Positions 1-10,011 are shown, counted from the first letter of the stretch. The stretch: 64,000 nucleotides of DNA from Candidatus Falkowbacteria bacterium (GCA_963774955.1 CAVZGV010000005.1:30495-94494); one strand, 5' to 3'. A program made the numbers and translations. The notes: generated by a model from the letters alone, not told the origin.

Positions 1-38
1 TCGTCGTCACGTCCTCTCATTTTCTCCTCCTTGATTTT

Positions 39-722
39 TCAGACTTGTTTTTCCATGGACGTTACTTCGAACGCCCCCTTGTCACGATCAAATGCCACCA
101 ATAAAACTCTGGTACCGCTGGGTATTTCTTCGTTAGCTCCGGTAAAAGCCGGGTATTGCTGCAAATTGTCAAAATTATCGCGGACTCTGACAGTTCCGTT
201 CTTGCTGTCAATGGAATAAAGAGCTTCGCCTATCTGATTGACCAAATCTTCCTCCACATTGCAATAGGTGGAAGTTTTGGGCATTACCTTGGACACGATC
301 CGGGAGACAAAGCCCGTGACTGTGAAGCTGATAATCAAAGCCGCAAACATAGACAGCGGCAGAAAAAGCAAAGGGGTGCGTAAAAGCGGATGCAGTAAAG
401 AATTGAGAGTAAAGCCTGAGAAGCCCCAGACAAAGCAGAGAGTCATCAGGACAATGGATATAGGCACATGGCCAATACCCAAAACCGAAGTTGCTCTCCA
501 GAAAATACTGTCCTCGCTAGCCGAAGATTCAGCATCATGATCATGGTCAGCGTCATGGTCGGCGTCAGTATCAAGGTCATGGTCAAGATCATGATCAAAA
601 TCATGATCACCATCACCTGACAAGCCGAGTGTCTGAATCAGCAGAAACAGCAGTCCCCCGCAAAACGGGATCACAAAGACCAGATTCCACCATTCGAATA
701 ATAGTTTCGTTTCCATGATCAT
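39..722 (-). CDS. NfeD-like membrane protein with His/Asp-rich (DHD)n linker
   Basis: N-terminal hydrophobic helices, then a DGDHDFDHDLDHDLDTDADHDADHDHD tract. C-terminal ~60 aa (VRVRDNFDN...GTRVLLVAFDRDKGAFEV) resembles the NfeD OB-fold beta-barrel. Confidence 0.45.
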   Translation of the reverse strand: MIMETKLLFEWWNLVFVIPFCGGLLFLLIQTLGLSGDGDHDFDHDLDHDLDTDADHDADHDHDAESSASEDSIFWRATSVLGIGHVPISIVLMTLCFVWGFSGFTLNSLLHPLLRTPLLFLPLSMFAALIISFTVTGFVSRIVSKVMPKTSTYCNVEEDLVNQIGEALYSIDSKNGTVRVRDNFDNLQQYPAFTGANEEIPSGTRVLLVAFDRDKGAFEVTSMEKQV

Positions 723-728
723 ACCTCC

Positions 729-1121
729 TTAGCGATCATTCTTTTGAGTTGCCTGACTATCTTTATACCATCGATATCCGATTTCTATGGCCAGGAAAAT
801 GAATAAAGCAATGCAACCGCCCTGGAAACTGACATCGCTGGTAAAAAATAACAGCAAGCTTGCCAGAATCAGATAAAATACCCGTTCCGGGGTTTGACTG
901 AGACTCTTAATGAGCGGTTCAATTACCTGGCTGATTATCTTATAGCCCATAAAAACCAGGCCTAAAATAAACAGCATAAAAAGGAAAACTACTCCTATCT
1001 TGACCAATTGCTGATGTTCAGCCGAGACACCTTCCACCAGGAAGATGTTCATTAGCCGATTAGCCACTTCCAGCAGCCAATCGGTCAGTGACTTGAGTTG
1101 CTCAATTTTTTCTGCCCACAT
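729..1121 (-). CDS. hypothetical small membrane protein
   Basis: 130-aa ORF with 3-4 hydrophobic helices, immediately upstream of the NfeD-like gene. Confidence 0.4.
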   Translation of the reverse strand: MWAEKIEQLKSLTDWLLEVANRLMNIFLVEGVSAEHQQLVKIGVVFLFMLFILGLVFMGYKIISQVIEPLIKSLSQTPERVFYLILASLLLFFTSDVSFQGGCIALFIFLAIEIGYRWYKDSQATQKNDR

Positions 1122-1282
1122 TTTTTTGCCTCCTTTTCTGTAATTTTAGCTAAAATATAATTGTCAAAAAAACTATAAAATCCCCCTTTCAGGGGAACTT
1201 ATTACCTTAACATATTTACATCTTTTGTCAAGTAATTAGCTAAAAAAACCCCGCACTTCGAGTGGAAGTACGGGGTAAAATT

Positions 1283-2095
1283 TTAATCGTTTAGATAATG
1301 AGTTTTCTGACAATGAGGACATTCAGTGGTCGACAAATCCTCATTGCAGTAAGGGCACTGCTCTAGCCCTGAGGGAATTTTTTCTCCGCAATCAGGACAA
1401 GGCTCAAACAGCAATTTTTCATTGCAGCCGGGACAGGTATCCTGATCGATAAAAATTTCTGACTGACCGCACTTGGGGCAGTCATAGTGGACCAGAAGCT
1501 GGTCACACTGGGGACATTTATACTCCCCTTGAAAATCATCCGGTTCAGGATCAGTATCAATATACTGGTTACAGCGGGGACAGATCCAGAGGTCTGCATC
1601 ACAATACGGACAGTTGTCTTCGTATTGACTGACGAAAATCTGCCGGCCGCAATTGTGGCATTTGCTCACAGTTAACGGCTCCTGACATTCAGAGCAGACT
1701 TCAGAATCAGCCCAGATGTCTTTGCCGCAGTGCGGACAGGTCATGTTCCAAAAGCTTTTTTTGCAAATGGGACACATGTCCGAGTCGTCAGCATCAGGAT
1801 CTTCGCCAATTTCCTGCTGACAGCGCGGGCAAGTCCAGGTCTGATCTTCTTTTGTCATCTCCGGAACCGAATCTGGTGGGACAGAAACTCCTAAAGCAGA
1901 ATACTTCAGCTGATTTTCATAGCCCCTTCTATCATGACATGATCGGGAACCATGATTTTCAGAGCTGTTGAAATAATCATGTAAATAGCTGGCTACCTTG
2001 AGATACAACAGCAAGCCTAAAATAGTTATTATCGCCAACAGCCAAATACGATTTGTCCCGGCAATACCCAGATAATCCATAATTTCATTCAACAT
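1283..2095 (-). CDS. membrane-anchored multi-zinc-ribbon protein (~11 CxxC...CxxC units)
   Basis: One N-terminal TM helix, then a serial array of CPxC/CxxC pairs (CPRC, CPIC, CPHC, CSEC, CHNC, CPYC, CPRC, CPQC, CPKC, CPGC, CPDC, CPYC, CPHC) spaced like zinc ribbons. Confidence 0.6.
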   Translation of the reverse strand: MLNEIMDYLGIAGTNRIWLLAIITILGLLLYLKVASYLHDYFNSSENHGSRSCHDRRGYENQLKYSALGVSVPPDSVPEMTKEDQTWTCPRCQQEIGEDPDADDSDMCPICKKSFWNMTCPHCGKDIWADSEVCSECQEPLTVSKCHNCGRQIFVSQYEDNCPYCDADLWICPRCNQYIDTDPEPDDFQGEYKCPQCDQLLVHYDCPKCGQSEIFIDQDTCPGCNEKLLFEPCPDCGEKIPSGLEQCPYCNEDLSTTECPHCQKTHYLND

Positions 2096-2339
2096 CTTCT
2101 GCCTCCTTGGTTATTGTTTGTCAGATCTTATCAGACTTTATATCTTAACATTATTGTCTCCAAACGTCAACATCTTGCACTAGTAGTCACTCCTTGGTCT
2201 TCAACAATATCACCTTTTGTAATTTATACAAATTATCAAATACCAAACTTTTTATCTTGCGTTGTAAACTGACCCGACCAAGAGTATACTTACAAATAAT
2301 AAAGATAATCGACTTATTTAATTATTAAATACAAAAATT

Positions 2340-2588
2340 ATGGGAATTATTCTTTGGATCATCTTCGGGGGCTTGGTCGGCTGGATCGCCTCTATGATTA
2401 TGAAGACCAATGCCCAGCAAGGCCTGATTCTAAATATTATTATCGGTATTGTTGGCGCGGTTATAGGCGGTTTGATTATGAACTTGCTTGGTTTTGGCGG
2501 TGTTGGCGGTTTTACTTTATACGGCTTTTTAGTAGCTTTACTTGGAGCCATAGTTCTTATCGCCATTGTCAGGGCCATACGACGATAA
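2340..2588 (+). CDS. GlsB/YeaQ/YmgE family transglycosylase-associated membrane protein
   Basis: 82 aa, MGIILWIIFGGLVGWIASMIM...GIVGAVIGGLIMNLLGFGG is the typical Gly-rich two-helix signature of this family. Confidence 0.85.
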   Translation: MGIILWIIFGGLVGWIASMIMKTNAQQGLILNIIIGIVGAVIGGLIMNLLGFGGVGGFTLYGFLVALLGAIVLIAIVRAIRR

Positions 2589-2615
2589 AAGTAAACAAAC
2601 CGGATAAAACAAAAA

Positions 2616-2647
2616 ATCCTCTCCACATCGCGGAGGGGATTTTTTTA
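2616..2647 (+). terminator. rho-independent terminator after the GlsB-family gene
   Basis: atcctctcc-acatcg-cggaggggat stem-loop followed by a T7 run. Confidence 0.55.
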
Positions 2648-2668
2648 TCTCTGCAATTTTAATTTCAT

Positions 2669-2992
2669 TTATTTCTCAATATGGTTGGCAAGATGCGTCC
2701 ATGATTGCTGGGCTTCTTTGACCAGCTGTTTGGCCAGCTTGGCTGATATTTTTTTAGTCTTAGCATATTGCACTGCGGCTTTTTTCATAAATAGCTTATA
2801 TTCCTTTTCTCCCATTTTTTCAACCTTTTTTACCTTAGGCGAAATATCCTTATAAAAATCTGCCATGACATCTATAATATCATCTTTAACTATTTTCCCC
2901 TTCTTAAAACCCAAATAAACACTGGCGGCTACACCTAATGCGATCCCAATAACTGCTCCCTGCAAAAATTTAGTTGTATTACCTTTGGCCAT
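2669..2992 (-). CDS. hypothetical protein with N-terminal TM helix and Lys-rich helical region
   Basis: 107-aa ORF with its own promoter region, downstream of the groEL terminator. No confident family assignment (possibly YtxH-like). Confidence 0.4.
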   Translation of the reverse strand: MAKGNTTKFLQGAVIGIALGVAASVYLGFKKGKIVKDDIIDVMADFYKDISPKVKKVEKMGEKEYKLFMKKAAVQYAKTKKISAKLAKQLVKEAQQSWTHLANHIEK

Positions 2993-3043
2993 AATTTTTT
3001 GTTATTAGTTAATTATAACCTGATTATAGCATATAACAACTAC

Positions 3044-3083
3044 AACAAAAAATCCCTCACCGACTCACAGAAAGGGATTTTTA
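3044..3083. terminator. bidirectional terminator downstream of groEL
   Basis: ATCCCT-cacc..-AGGGAT hairpin flanked by an A-run on one side and a T-run on the other. Confidence 0.5.
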
Positions 3084-3137
3084 TTTCAAATACTTCTTCC
3101 TAAGTTCTGAGTTATTAGTTTTGAGTTTTTAGTTTTT

Positions 3138-4796
<1,659 letters not shown>

Positions 4797-4911
4797 TTAA
4801 TAATAAATAAAAAGTGTAAAGTGAGCTATAAGAGCTAAATGGGGATAGGATAATATGGGAATATGGGAAATTTTTCACTTTTACCCTTTTCCCCTATAGC
4901 TCTTTTAGCTC

Positions 4912-5205
4912 TTATTCCCCTATAACTGCCAAGATATCCTCTTCCCTTATAATCAACAAGTCCTTTTCACCAGGCAGTTCATCCGGAGAATATTTTTTAA
5001 AAATAACTTTGTCACCGACTTTGACTGACATTGGCGCTCTTTGACCGTTTTCTAAAAGTTTGCCGGATCCGATGGCCACCACTTCGCCCTTTTCCGGTTT
5101 TTCCTTATCAACCGTATCAGGCAAAATAATACCGGCCTTGGAAACTTCCTGACCATTGATGGGTTTGATTAGGACGTGATCGTTTAGAGGTTTGTAGTTT
5201 GGCAT
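4912..5205 (-). CDS. groES: co-chaperonin GroES
   Basis: 97 aa, LKPLNDHVLIKP...GEVVAIGSGK...VKVGDKVIFKKY matches GroES. It sits directly upstream of groEL. Confidence 0.9.
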   Translation of the reverse strand: MPNYKPLNDHVLIKPINGQEVSKAGIILPDTVDKEKPEKGEVVAIGSGKLLENGQRAPMSVKVGDKVIFKKYSPDELPGEKDLLIIREEDILAVIGE

Positions 5206-5319
5206 ATTTTTTATGATTTATACCCAACAATAGTGGGCTAATATTAGATTAAACAATCTTACAAAAATTTCTCAAATAAGTCAAGGAAAATATCCGACTG
5301 AAAGTAACGATTTTGGGGT

Positions 5320-5475
5320 CTCTTTAAGGCTAAGCCTTGAACGAACGGCAGACCCCCGGAATCCAAAGTCGTTCAGGAATCCAATTCCCAATTGGGAATT
5401 GGATTCCGAACCCCTGCAGTTGGATTCAATCATTTTCCCATTAGCCTTCACTTTAAGGCTTAGCCTTGAATGACT
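5320..5475. promoter_or_regulatory. palindrome-rich groESL upstream region (candidate heat-shock operator; no CIRCE)
   Basis: Perfect 32-bp palindrome GGAATCCAATTCCCAATTGGGAATTGGATTCC at 5366-5397. Two copies of the near-palindrome CTTTAAGGCT(A/T)AGCCTTGAA flank it at about 5322-5345 and 5449-5472. Confidence 0.35.
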
Positions 5476-5495
5476 AGCGCTTCTTCTAAAATAAA

Positions 5496-5526
5496 AAACG
5501 GCCCCTTTTTGAGACCGTTTTAATGT
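5496..5526 (-). terminator. terminator after the aminotransferase gene
   Basis: On the minus strand, AACGGTCTC-aaaaagg-GGCCGTT hairpin followed by TTTTTT. Confidence 0.45.
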
Positions 5527-5530
5527 TATT

Positions 5531-6676
5531 TTATTTGCCTAAAAATCTTGCTAAACGACTCAAGCCCTCGGCCAATTCTCCCGGTGATGCCGCAAAGCTG
5601 AGCCTGACCCAGCCGGGATAGCCAAAGGCCATGCCCGGGACCAAGCCGAGTTTTTCCTGTTCCAGCAGCTCTTCACAAAACTTGAGACAGTCAACATTGT
5701 CGCCTGGGATTTTGAAAAAAAGATAGAAGGCACCCTGGGGCGGCAAGATCTCCAAGCCGGTTGCTTGGACAAACGGCAGTATAATCGTATTCAGCCGCTG
5801 TTCATAGGCTGCTTTCATCGTGGCCACTTCAGCCGCTGATTTGGCCAGAGCTGCCAAAGCAGCGTACTGGGAAATCGAGCTGGCACAGCTGGAAATCTGG
5901 GACTTGAATTTGGCCATGGCTGCAATCACTTCTTTAGGCCCAAGCGCATAACCCAGCCGATAGCCGGTCATGGCAAAAGCCTTGGAAGCGCCATCCAGAA
6001 TGATGGTTTTGTCCAGCATGCCCGGAAACTGAGCCATGCTGACATGCTTATTTTCGCCGTAAACGATCGGCGAATAAATCTCATCCGAAATCACCCAGAT
6101 ATTCTGGTCAGCCAGAATTTCCGCCATCGCGGCCATAACTTCAGGCGCAATCACAATGCCGGAAGGATTACTGGGTGAATTCAGGATAATTGCCTTGATC
6201 TTGGAATTAGCCAAAACCGCTGTAAGTTTGTCTAAATCCTTATAATCAAGAAAATGCGGCTTGCCGCCGACCAGTTTAACCATTTCAGGATAACTGGTCC
6301 AGTAAGGCTTGATGATCAGAACTTCATCTCCGGGATTTACTACCGCTGCCAGGGCCAAAAAAATCCCTTCTTTACCGCCATTGGTAGTCAAAATCTGAGT
6401 TAAAGGATCATAATCCAGACCGCGGCTTTCGTTGATTGACCCGGAAATCGCCTTCAGCAAAGGCGCTATGCCTTTGACCGGAGTGTACTTGGTTTTACCG
6501 GTTTTAGCTGCTTCGGCCGTGGCCTCAATGACCGCCTTAGGCGGTGGAAAATCCGGCTCCCCTGCCGCCAGGATAATTGTGTCCGGGAATTTGGCCTTCA
6601 TGTCTTTGGCTTTTTTATCAAAAGCCATGGTCACTGATTCCTGAATTTCGCTGACGCGTTTCGCTAGTTCCATCAT
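5531..6676 (-). CDS. class I/II pyridoxal-phosphate-dependent aminotransferase (AspC/aromatic aminotransferase-like)
   Basis: 381 aa with an SKAFAMTGYRLGY PLP-lysine region and NPSNPSG-like motifs. Overlaps tyrA by 4 nt, suggesting an operon. Confidence 0.85.
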   Translation of the reverse strand: MMELAKRVSEIQESVTMAFDKKAKDMKAKFPDTIILAAGEPDFPPPKAVIEATAEAAKTGKTKYTPVKGIAPLLKAISGSINESRGLDYDPLTQILTTNGGKEGIFLALAAVVNPGDEVLIIKPYWTSYPEMVKLVGGKPHFLDYKDLDKLTAVLANSKIKAIILNSPSNPSGIVIAPEVMAAMAEILADQNIWVISDEIYSPIVYGENKHVSMAQFPGMLDKTIILDGASKAFAMTGYRLGYALGPKEVIAAMAKFKSQISSCASSISQYAALAALAKSAAEVATMKAAYEQRLNTIILPFVQATGLEILPPQGAFYLFFKIPGDNVDCLKFCEELLEQEKLGLVPGMAFGYPGWVRLSFAASPGELAEGLSRLARFLGK

Positions 6677-7410
6677 ACCCCTCCTTGATTTACTTTTTTA
6701 TCGACTTTATCCAAACTTTCAATGAACCTTTGCCGCGTTTCCCTGGCATACGGATTGAAATTCTGCATGTCAAGAAAAAGTTGCCAAGAATCATTGGTCA
6801 CGGTTTCCATTACTCTTAACAAACGTTCAAAACCTAACGTGGTAATTTGTTGATCTTTAAAACCTACTTCCTCGAGTCCCCGACCGATAAAATGCACCAG
6901 GGATAAACTTTTAGCTGCCTGCTGGTCATGATCTTCGGGCGTGGTTTCAATTATCTTAACTTCCAGTTTATTTAAAATCTCTTTAACTTCAGCTAATCTG
7001 ACGGGACTAATTCTTAATGGACATAAAACCCACTGCAAATCCTTGGTTCCGTTTTTGGCGCTGTCCGGACCGAACATGGGATGAGTAGCCATAATTTCAT
7101 TGTCAGCGGAAATATTTTCCCGTAACCATTGACTGGGAAAAAATTTAACTGAACAGACATCCATGACCAAAGAGCCTTTTTTCAGCAATGGTGCGATTTC
7201 CTTTATCTTTTCATCGGTTGCAGATATTGCCACTGACACAAAAACCCAGTCACACTGACAAACCTCCTCAAGTGTCGCCCATTTCAAACCTAATTCTTTA
7301 GCCTCGGCTGATTTATCTGAACGATTACAAACCAGAACCTCGGCGTAAGGCTTAAGTATCTTGGCTAAAAGTTGTCCGAACCGGCTAAAGCCGATAATTC
7401 CGATGGTCAT
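6673..7410 (-). CDS. tyrA: prephenate/arogenate dehydrogenase
   Basis: N-terminal Rossmann motif IGIIGFSRFGQ and the overall TyrA-like layout. Confidence 0.8.
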   Translation of the reverse strand: MTIGIIGFSRFGQLLAKILKPYAEVLVCNRSDKSAEAKELGLKWATLEEVCQCDWVFVSVAISATDEKIKEIAPLLKKGSLVMDVCSVKFFPSQWLRENISADNEIMATHPMFGPDSAKNGTKDLQWVLCPLRISPVRLAEVKEILNKLEVKIIETTPEDHDQQAAKSLSLVHFIGRGLEEVGFKDQQITTLGFERLLRVMETVTNDSWQLFLDMQNFNPYARETRQRFIESLDKVDKKVNQGGV

Positions 7411-7479
7411 AAATATTATTTAACATCCAATAATCAATAATCAACATCCAAACAAATTCTAATTTCTAATAACCAATAA

Positions 7480-7854
7480 CTAATCTTTTTTAATTTCAGA
7501 TTTTTTATTGATTATTGCGGTGAAAATTTTTAATAATTCGGTTGCCTCTCCAATTAAAAACGCTTGTTCGCTTTGTGCCTTTTGTTCTTCACCGGGATCT
7601 GACAATTTCAACCACAATCTGCTTTCTTTCACTTCTTTTCTGCAAATACGAATCCTGAAAATAAAATCCTTATCGCTTATTGCTTCGTTAGCTTCTATAT
7701 AATTTGCCGCAGTTGAGCCTGAAGATCTAATAAGCTGCTTAGAATATTCAAGATTGGCCTGGGTTTTGGGTATCAACTTAGTATAATCCCTGCACCTCCT
7801 AGCAAATTCATAAGTCCTATCCTCTAAATCAAATTGGACATATTTTTCCCCCAT
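7480..7854 (-). CDS. four-helix-bundle protein (TIGR02436 / 23S rRNA intervening-sequence protein family)
   Basis: 124 aa, ...SSGSTAANYIEANEA... signature of the family. Confidence 0.8.
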   Translation of the reverse strand: MGEKYVQFDLEDRTYEFARRCRDYTKLIPKTQANLEYSKQLIRSSGSTAANYIEANEAISDKDFIFRIRICRKEVKESRLWLKLSDPGEEQKAQSEQAFLIGEATELLKIFTAIINKKSEIKKD

Positions 7855-7912
7855 AGATTTATTTATTATTTATTGATTATTAATTATTGTTTGATTATTG
7901 GTGATTGATTAT

Positions 7913-8489
7913 TGGTTATTTAGCCTTTGTTACCGCTAAAAACGTCGTAAAATTAAACTTCAAATCCTGAATTCCTTCTTCCAAGTATTTCCATCCCATA
8001 CAACTTGGCCGCTCCTTTGGCCGCAATGGTCGCCGTATCAGGAGTTAATTTGCCTTCTGCTAAATCTTTAACTGCCTTGGCAGTATCTTCCCACTGGATA
8101 ATTTCCGCTTGGGGCCACATTCTCTTAATATACATTTTACATTGTTTTAAAGCCTGATCATGAGAAGCAATTTTTTTAATATCTTCTCTTTTAGTTCCCG
8201 GTTTAACAATCAAATTATGGCGAATATCAATTTCAAACAGATTTTCAATATTAAATAAATGTTTAGCCATGGCATAAACAGCTTCATAGACAATACCGCC
8301 ATTGGAATTTTCAATGGGAAAAACTCCCATATTGATTTCGCTCTTATCCAAAGCAGTCAGCACATTTTCCACGGAAATTAAGTACCTGAGTTCATAGTCG
8401 CTTAAAGCGTTTTTATAAACATAATATTCAGCTGCTTCCTCGGAAAAAGAGCCCTGGGCTCCGGAAACGCCGATGATGAGTTTAGGCAT
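7913..8489 (-). CDS. pheA: prephenate dehydratase (PDT domain only), with a +1 frameshift near the 3' end
   Basis: N-terminal GxxGSFSEEAA PDT signature. The track ORF ends at 7953 (..KLYGMEILGRRNSGFEV). Removing one G near 7991 restores the conserved ..ILEEGIQDLKFNFTTFLAV.. ending and a stop near 7913. Confidence 0.75.
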
Positions 8490-8877
8490 AGATTTTGGAT
8501 TTTAGATTTTAGGTTTTGGATTATAGTTAAGTTAAATTTATACAATTTTAGCGTAAAAGTCAAAAACCCGTTTTGACAGTGTGAGCATAGTCGAACCATG
8601 TCAGGAGATGCGTCACCCTTCGACTAGCTCAGGGTGAAGGAAGAAATTAGGCCGCAGACGTCGGACTCTACGAAGTAGCGAATGAAACCGATATACGAAA
8701 ACGCATAATGACATTATTATATTCGTAAAAATTCGAATTTCGTAGATAACTTACAGCCTTTACAGCACTTCTACCCATAAAATACTAGCTAATAGTTAGC
8801 CACTCTCAGTTATTGACATTTTTATAAAAACATGCTATACTATTATATTAAGATTTGTAATAGCTTTAGCGCTATTT

Positions 8878-8930
8878 CCTCATCCCAGGACGGGATAATT
8901 TCAAGTAAGTTATTTTGTCCTGAGATGAGG
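8878..8930 (+). promoter_or_regulatory. conserved hairpin element H1 (14-bp stem, 25-nt loop) upstream of ORF 8969
   Basis: CCTCATCCCAGGAC-GGGATAATTTCAAGTAAGTTATTTT-GTCCTGAGATGAGG. A near-identical copy (H2) is at 9403-9455. Confidence 0.5.
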
Positions 8931-8968
8931 ATGAGTTCATTTTAAAAAACAAACCAAGGAGAAATCCA

Positions 8969-9361
8969 ATGGCTGATAAAGCGATCGATAAAGTGATCAG
9001 GGCATACCAGGAACGGAACTGGACTTATTGCGTGCGACCGCTTGGCGATAATCCGCCGACTGAACAAGCAATCATTACCCCGTACGTCTCTGATTCCGAA
9101 GAAGCCAAATTCAGAGCCTTGTACGACGGCTTTTCCGGAAAGTTCATTTTCCAGGATCTTGAACTTCTCAGTGCTCAACTGGAACATCCGGAATTGGAGG
9201 TCTATGGCAATAATCCCGGGATCAAAGACATCTACTTACTTACCGAAGACTGGGAAGGCCACCAGAAAGACAAATTGGCCCTTGCCTTCTTCGTCAAAAC
9301 GGCCCAGGATAAGAAAGCCAATAACCACTCAATCAGCGTTCTCTGGCTGATCGAAGTCTAA
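8969..9361 (+). CDS. hypothetical protein (cassette ORF A)
   Basis: 130-aa ORF with a strong SD (AAGGAGA) 7 nt upstream. Visibly GC-richer than neighbouring DNA. Confidence 0.5.
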   Translation: MADKAIDKVIRAYQERNWTYCVRPLGDNPPTEQAIITPYVSDSEEAKFRALYDGFSGKFIFQDLELLSAQLEHPELEVYGNNPGIKDIYLLTEDWEGHQKDKLALAFFVKTAQDKKANNHSISVLWLIEV

Positions 9362-9371
9362 TTACAATTTA

Positions 9372-9401
9372 CCCGCCCAAGCTTCTCGAAAGCACGGCGG
9401 G
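9372..9401 (+). terminator. terminator-like hairpin T1 (CCCGCC...GGCGGG), paralogous to T2
   Basis: CCCGCC-caagcttctcgaaagcac-GGCGGG with a weak T tract, about 80% similar to the terminator at 9948-9987. Confidence 0.35.
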
Positions 9402-9402
9402 T

Positions 9403-9455
9403 CTTCATCCCAGGACGGGATAATTTCAAGTAAGTTATTTTGTCCTGGGACGAGG
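9403..9455 (+). promoter_or_regulatory. conserved hairpin element H2 upstream of ORF 9557
   Basis: CTTCATCCCAGGAC-GGGATAATTTCAAGTAAGTTATTTT-GTCCTGGGACGAGG; the loop is identical to H1. Confidence 0.5.
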
Positions 9456-9556
9456 ACAATGTCCCTTAGACTTTACAGGCTTAGCTGGTCTGCCCAGCTA
9501 TTAAAACGGCTCTCTTAGGAGAGTTTACTACCCTATTTCATAGGAAAGGAAAAAAA

Positions 9557-9937
9557 ATGAAAAATTTCGGAAAGAACCTTCTCAAGGCTATCGGCATTTT
9601 CTTCACCGTCACTTTCTGTCTCTTCTTCGCTGGAGTAGCGGCACTTTCTGACATGGCCGTCCGGCTGGACCCAGCCTACAATGAAATGGAGCTTCTCCCA
9701 GGAGACGGGCTGGCAATCATTACCTTAGCTAGCCTTCAAGACTCTGATGGCGACGGCAGAAACGATCTGTGGGACTGCGCCCCCCAAGACCCGAATGTTT
9801 GGGAGGTCAAAACCTTGATCGAAAAGAAAAACGATTCCACACAGACACTGCATATATTATGGTCGTTTGATGGAGAAGCCTATGATGCGTATTTAACTCC
9901 ACCCACGGACATGTATCCGACCGAGGGGAAAAAATAA
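9557..9937 (+). CDS. hypothetical secreted/membrane-anchored protein (cassette ORF B)
   Basis: 126 aa with an N-terminal hydrophobic signal/anchor, preceded by a GGAAAGGAAA RBS. Confidence 0.5.
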   Translation: MKNFGKNLLKAIGIFFTVTFCLFFAGVAALSDMAVRLDPAYNEMELLPGDGLAIITLASLQDSDGDGRNDLWDCAPQDPNVWEVKTLIEKKNDSTQTLHILWSFDGEAYDAYLTPPTDMYPTEGKK

Positions 9938-9947
9938 TTTCCTCAAA

Positions 9948-9987
9948 CCCCGCCAAAAGCTTCTTGAAGGCTCGGCGGGTTTTTTTA
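9948..9987 (+). terminator. rho-independent terminator T2
   Basis: CCCCGCC-aaaagcttcttgaaggctc-GGCGGG followed by T8. Confidence 0.7.
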
Positions 9988-10011
9988 TTTAATGCGAATT
10001 GGTCAGACTTA

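Noticed and set aside
541-615. The ATCATG(A/G)TC-like DNA tandem repeat as a non-coding satellite or CRISPR-like repeat.
   Set aside because: It lies in-frame inside ORF 39-722 and simply encodes the (DHD)n tract.
2318-2662. Track ORFs 2318-2626 (-) and 2354-2662 (+) overlapping the GlsB-family gene.
   Set aside because: They are alternative-frame artefacts of the Gly/Ile-rich coding sequence. The plus-strand frame 2340-2588 gives a canonical family signature.
5206-5530. Looked for a CIRCE (HrcA) inverted repeat TTAGCACTC-N9-GAGTGCTAA upstream of groES.
   Set aside because: No match, even allowing 2-3 mismatches. Only the unrelated palindromes reported above are present.
7480-7854. The four-helix-bundle gene as evidence of a 23S rRNA intervening sequence in this window.
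   Set aside because: No rRNA sequence is present anywhere in the window. The gene sits between pheA and tyrA.
8490-8877. Long inverted segment CTACGAAG...TTTCGTAG and the CACCC...GGGTG hairpin in the pheA / ORF-8969 intergenic region as structured RNA.
   Set aside because: The stems are short (5-8 bp) with very long loops. AT-rich context makes such matches likely by chance. No second copy was seen.
8878-9455. Hairpin elements H1/H2 as integron attC sites.
   Set aside because: No IntI integrase or attI in the window. The stems lack the conserved R''/L''-L'/R' core sites (RYYYAAC...GTTRRRY). The resemblance is limited to being imperfect inverted repeats at cassette borders. This is kept only as a generic cassette-boundary hypothesis.
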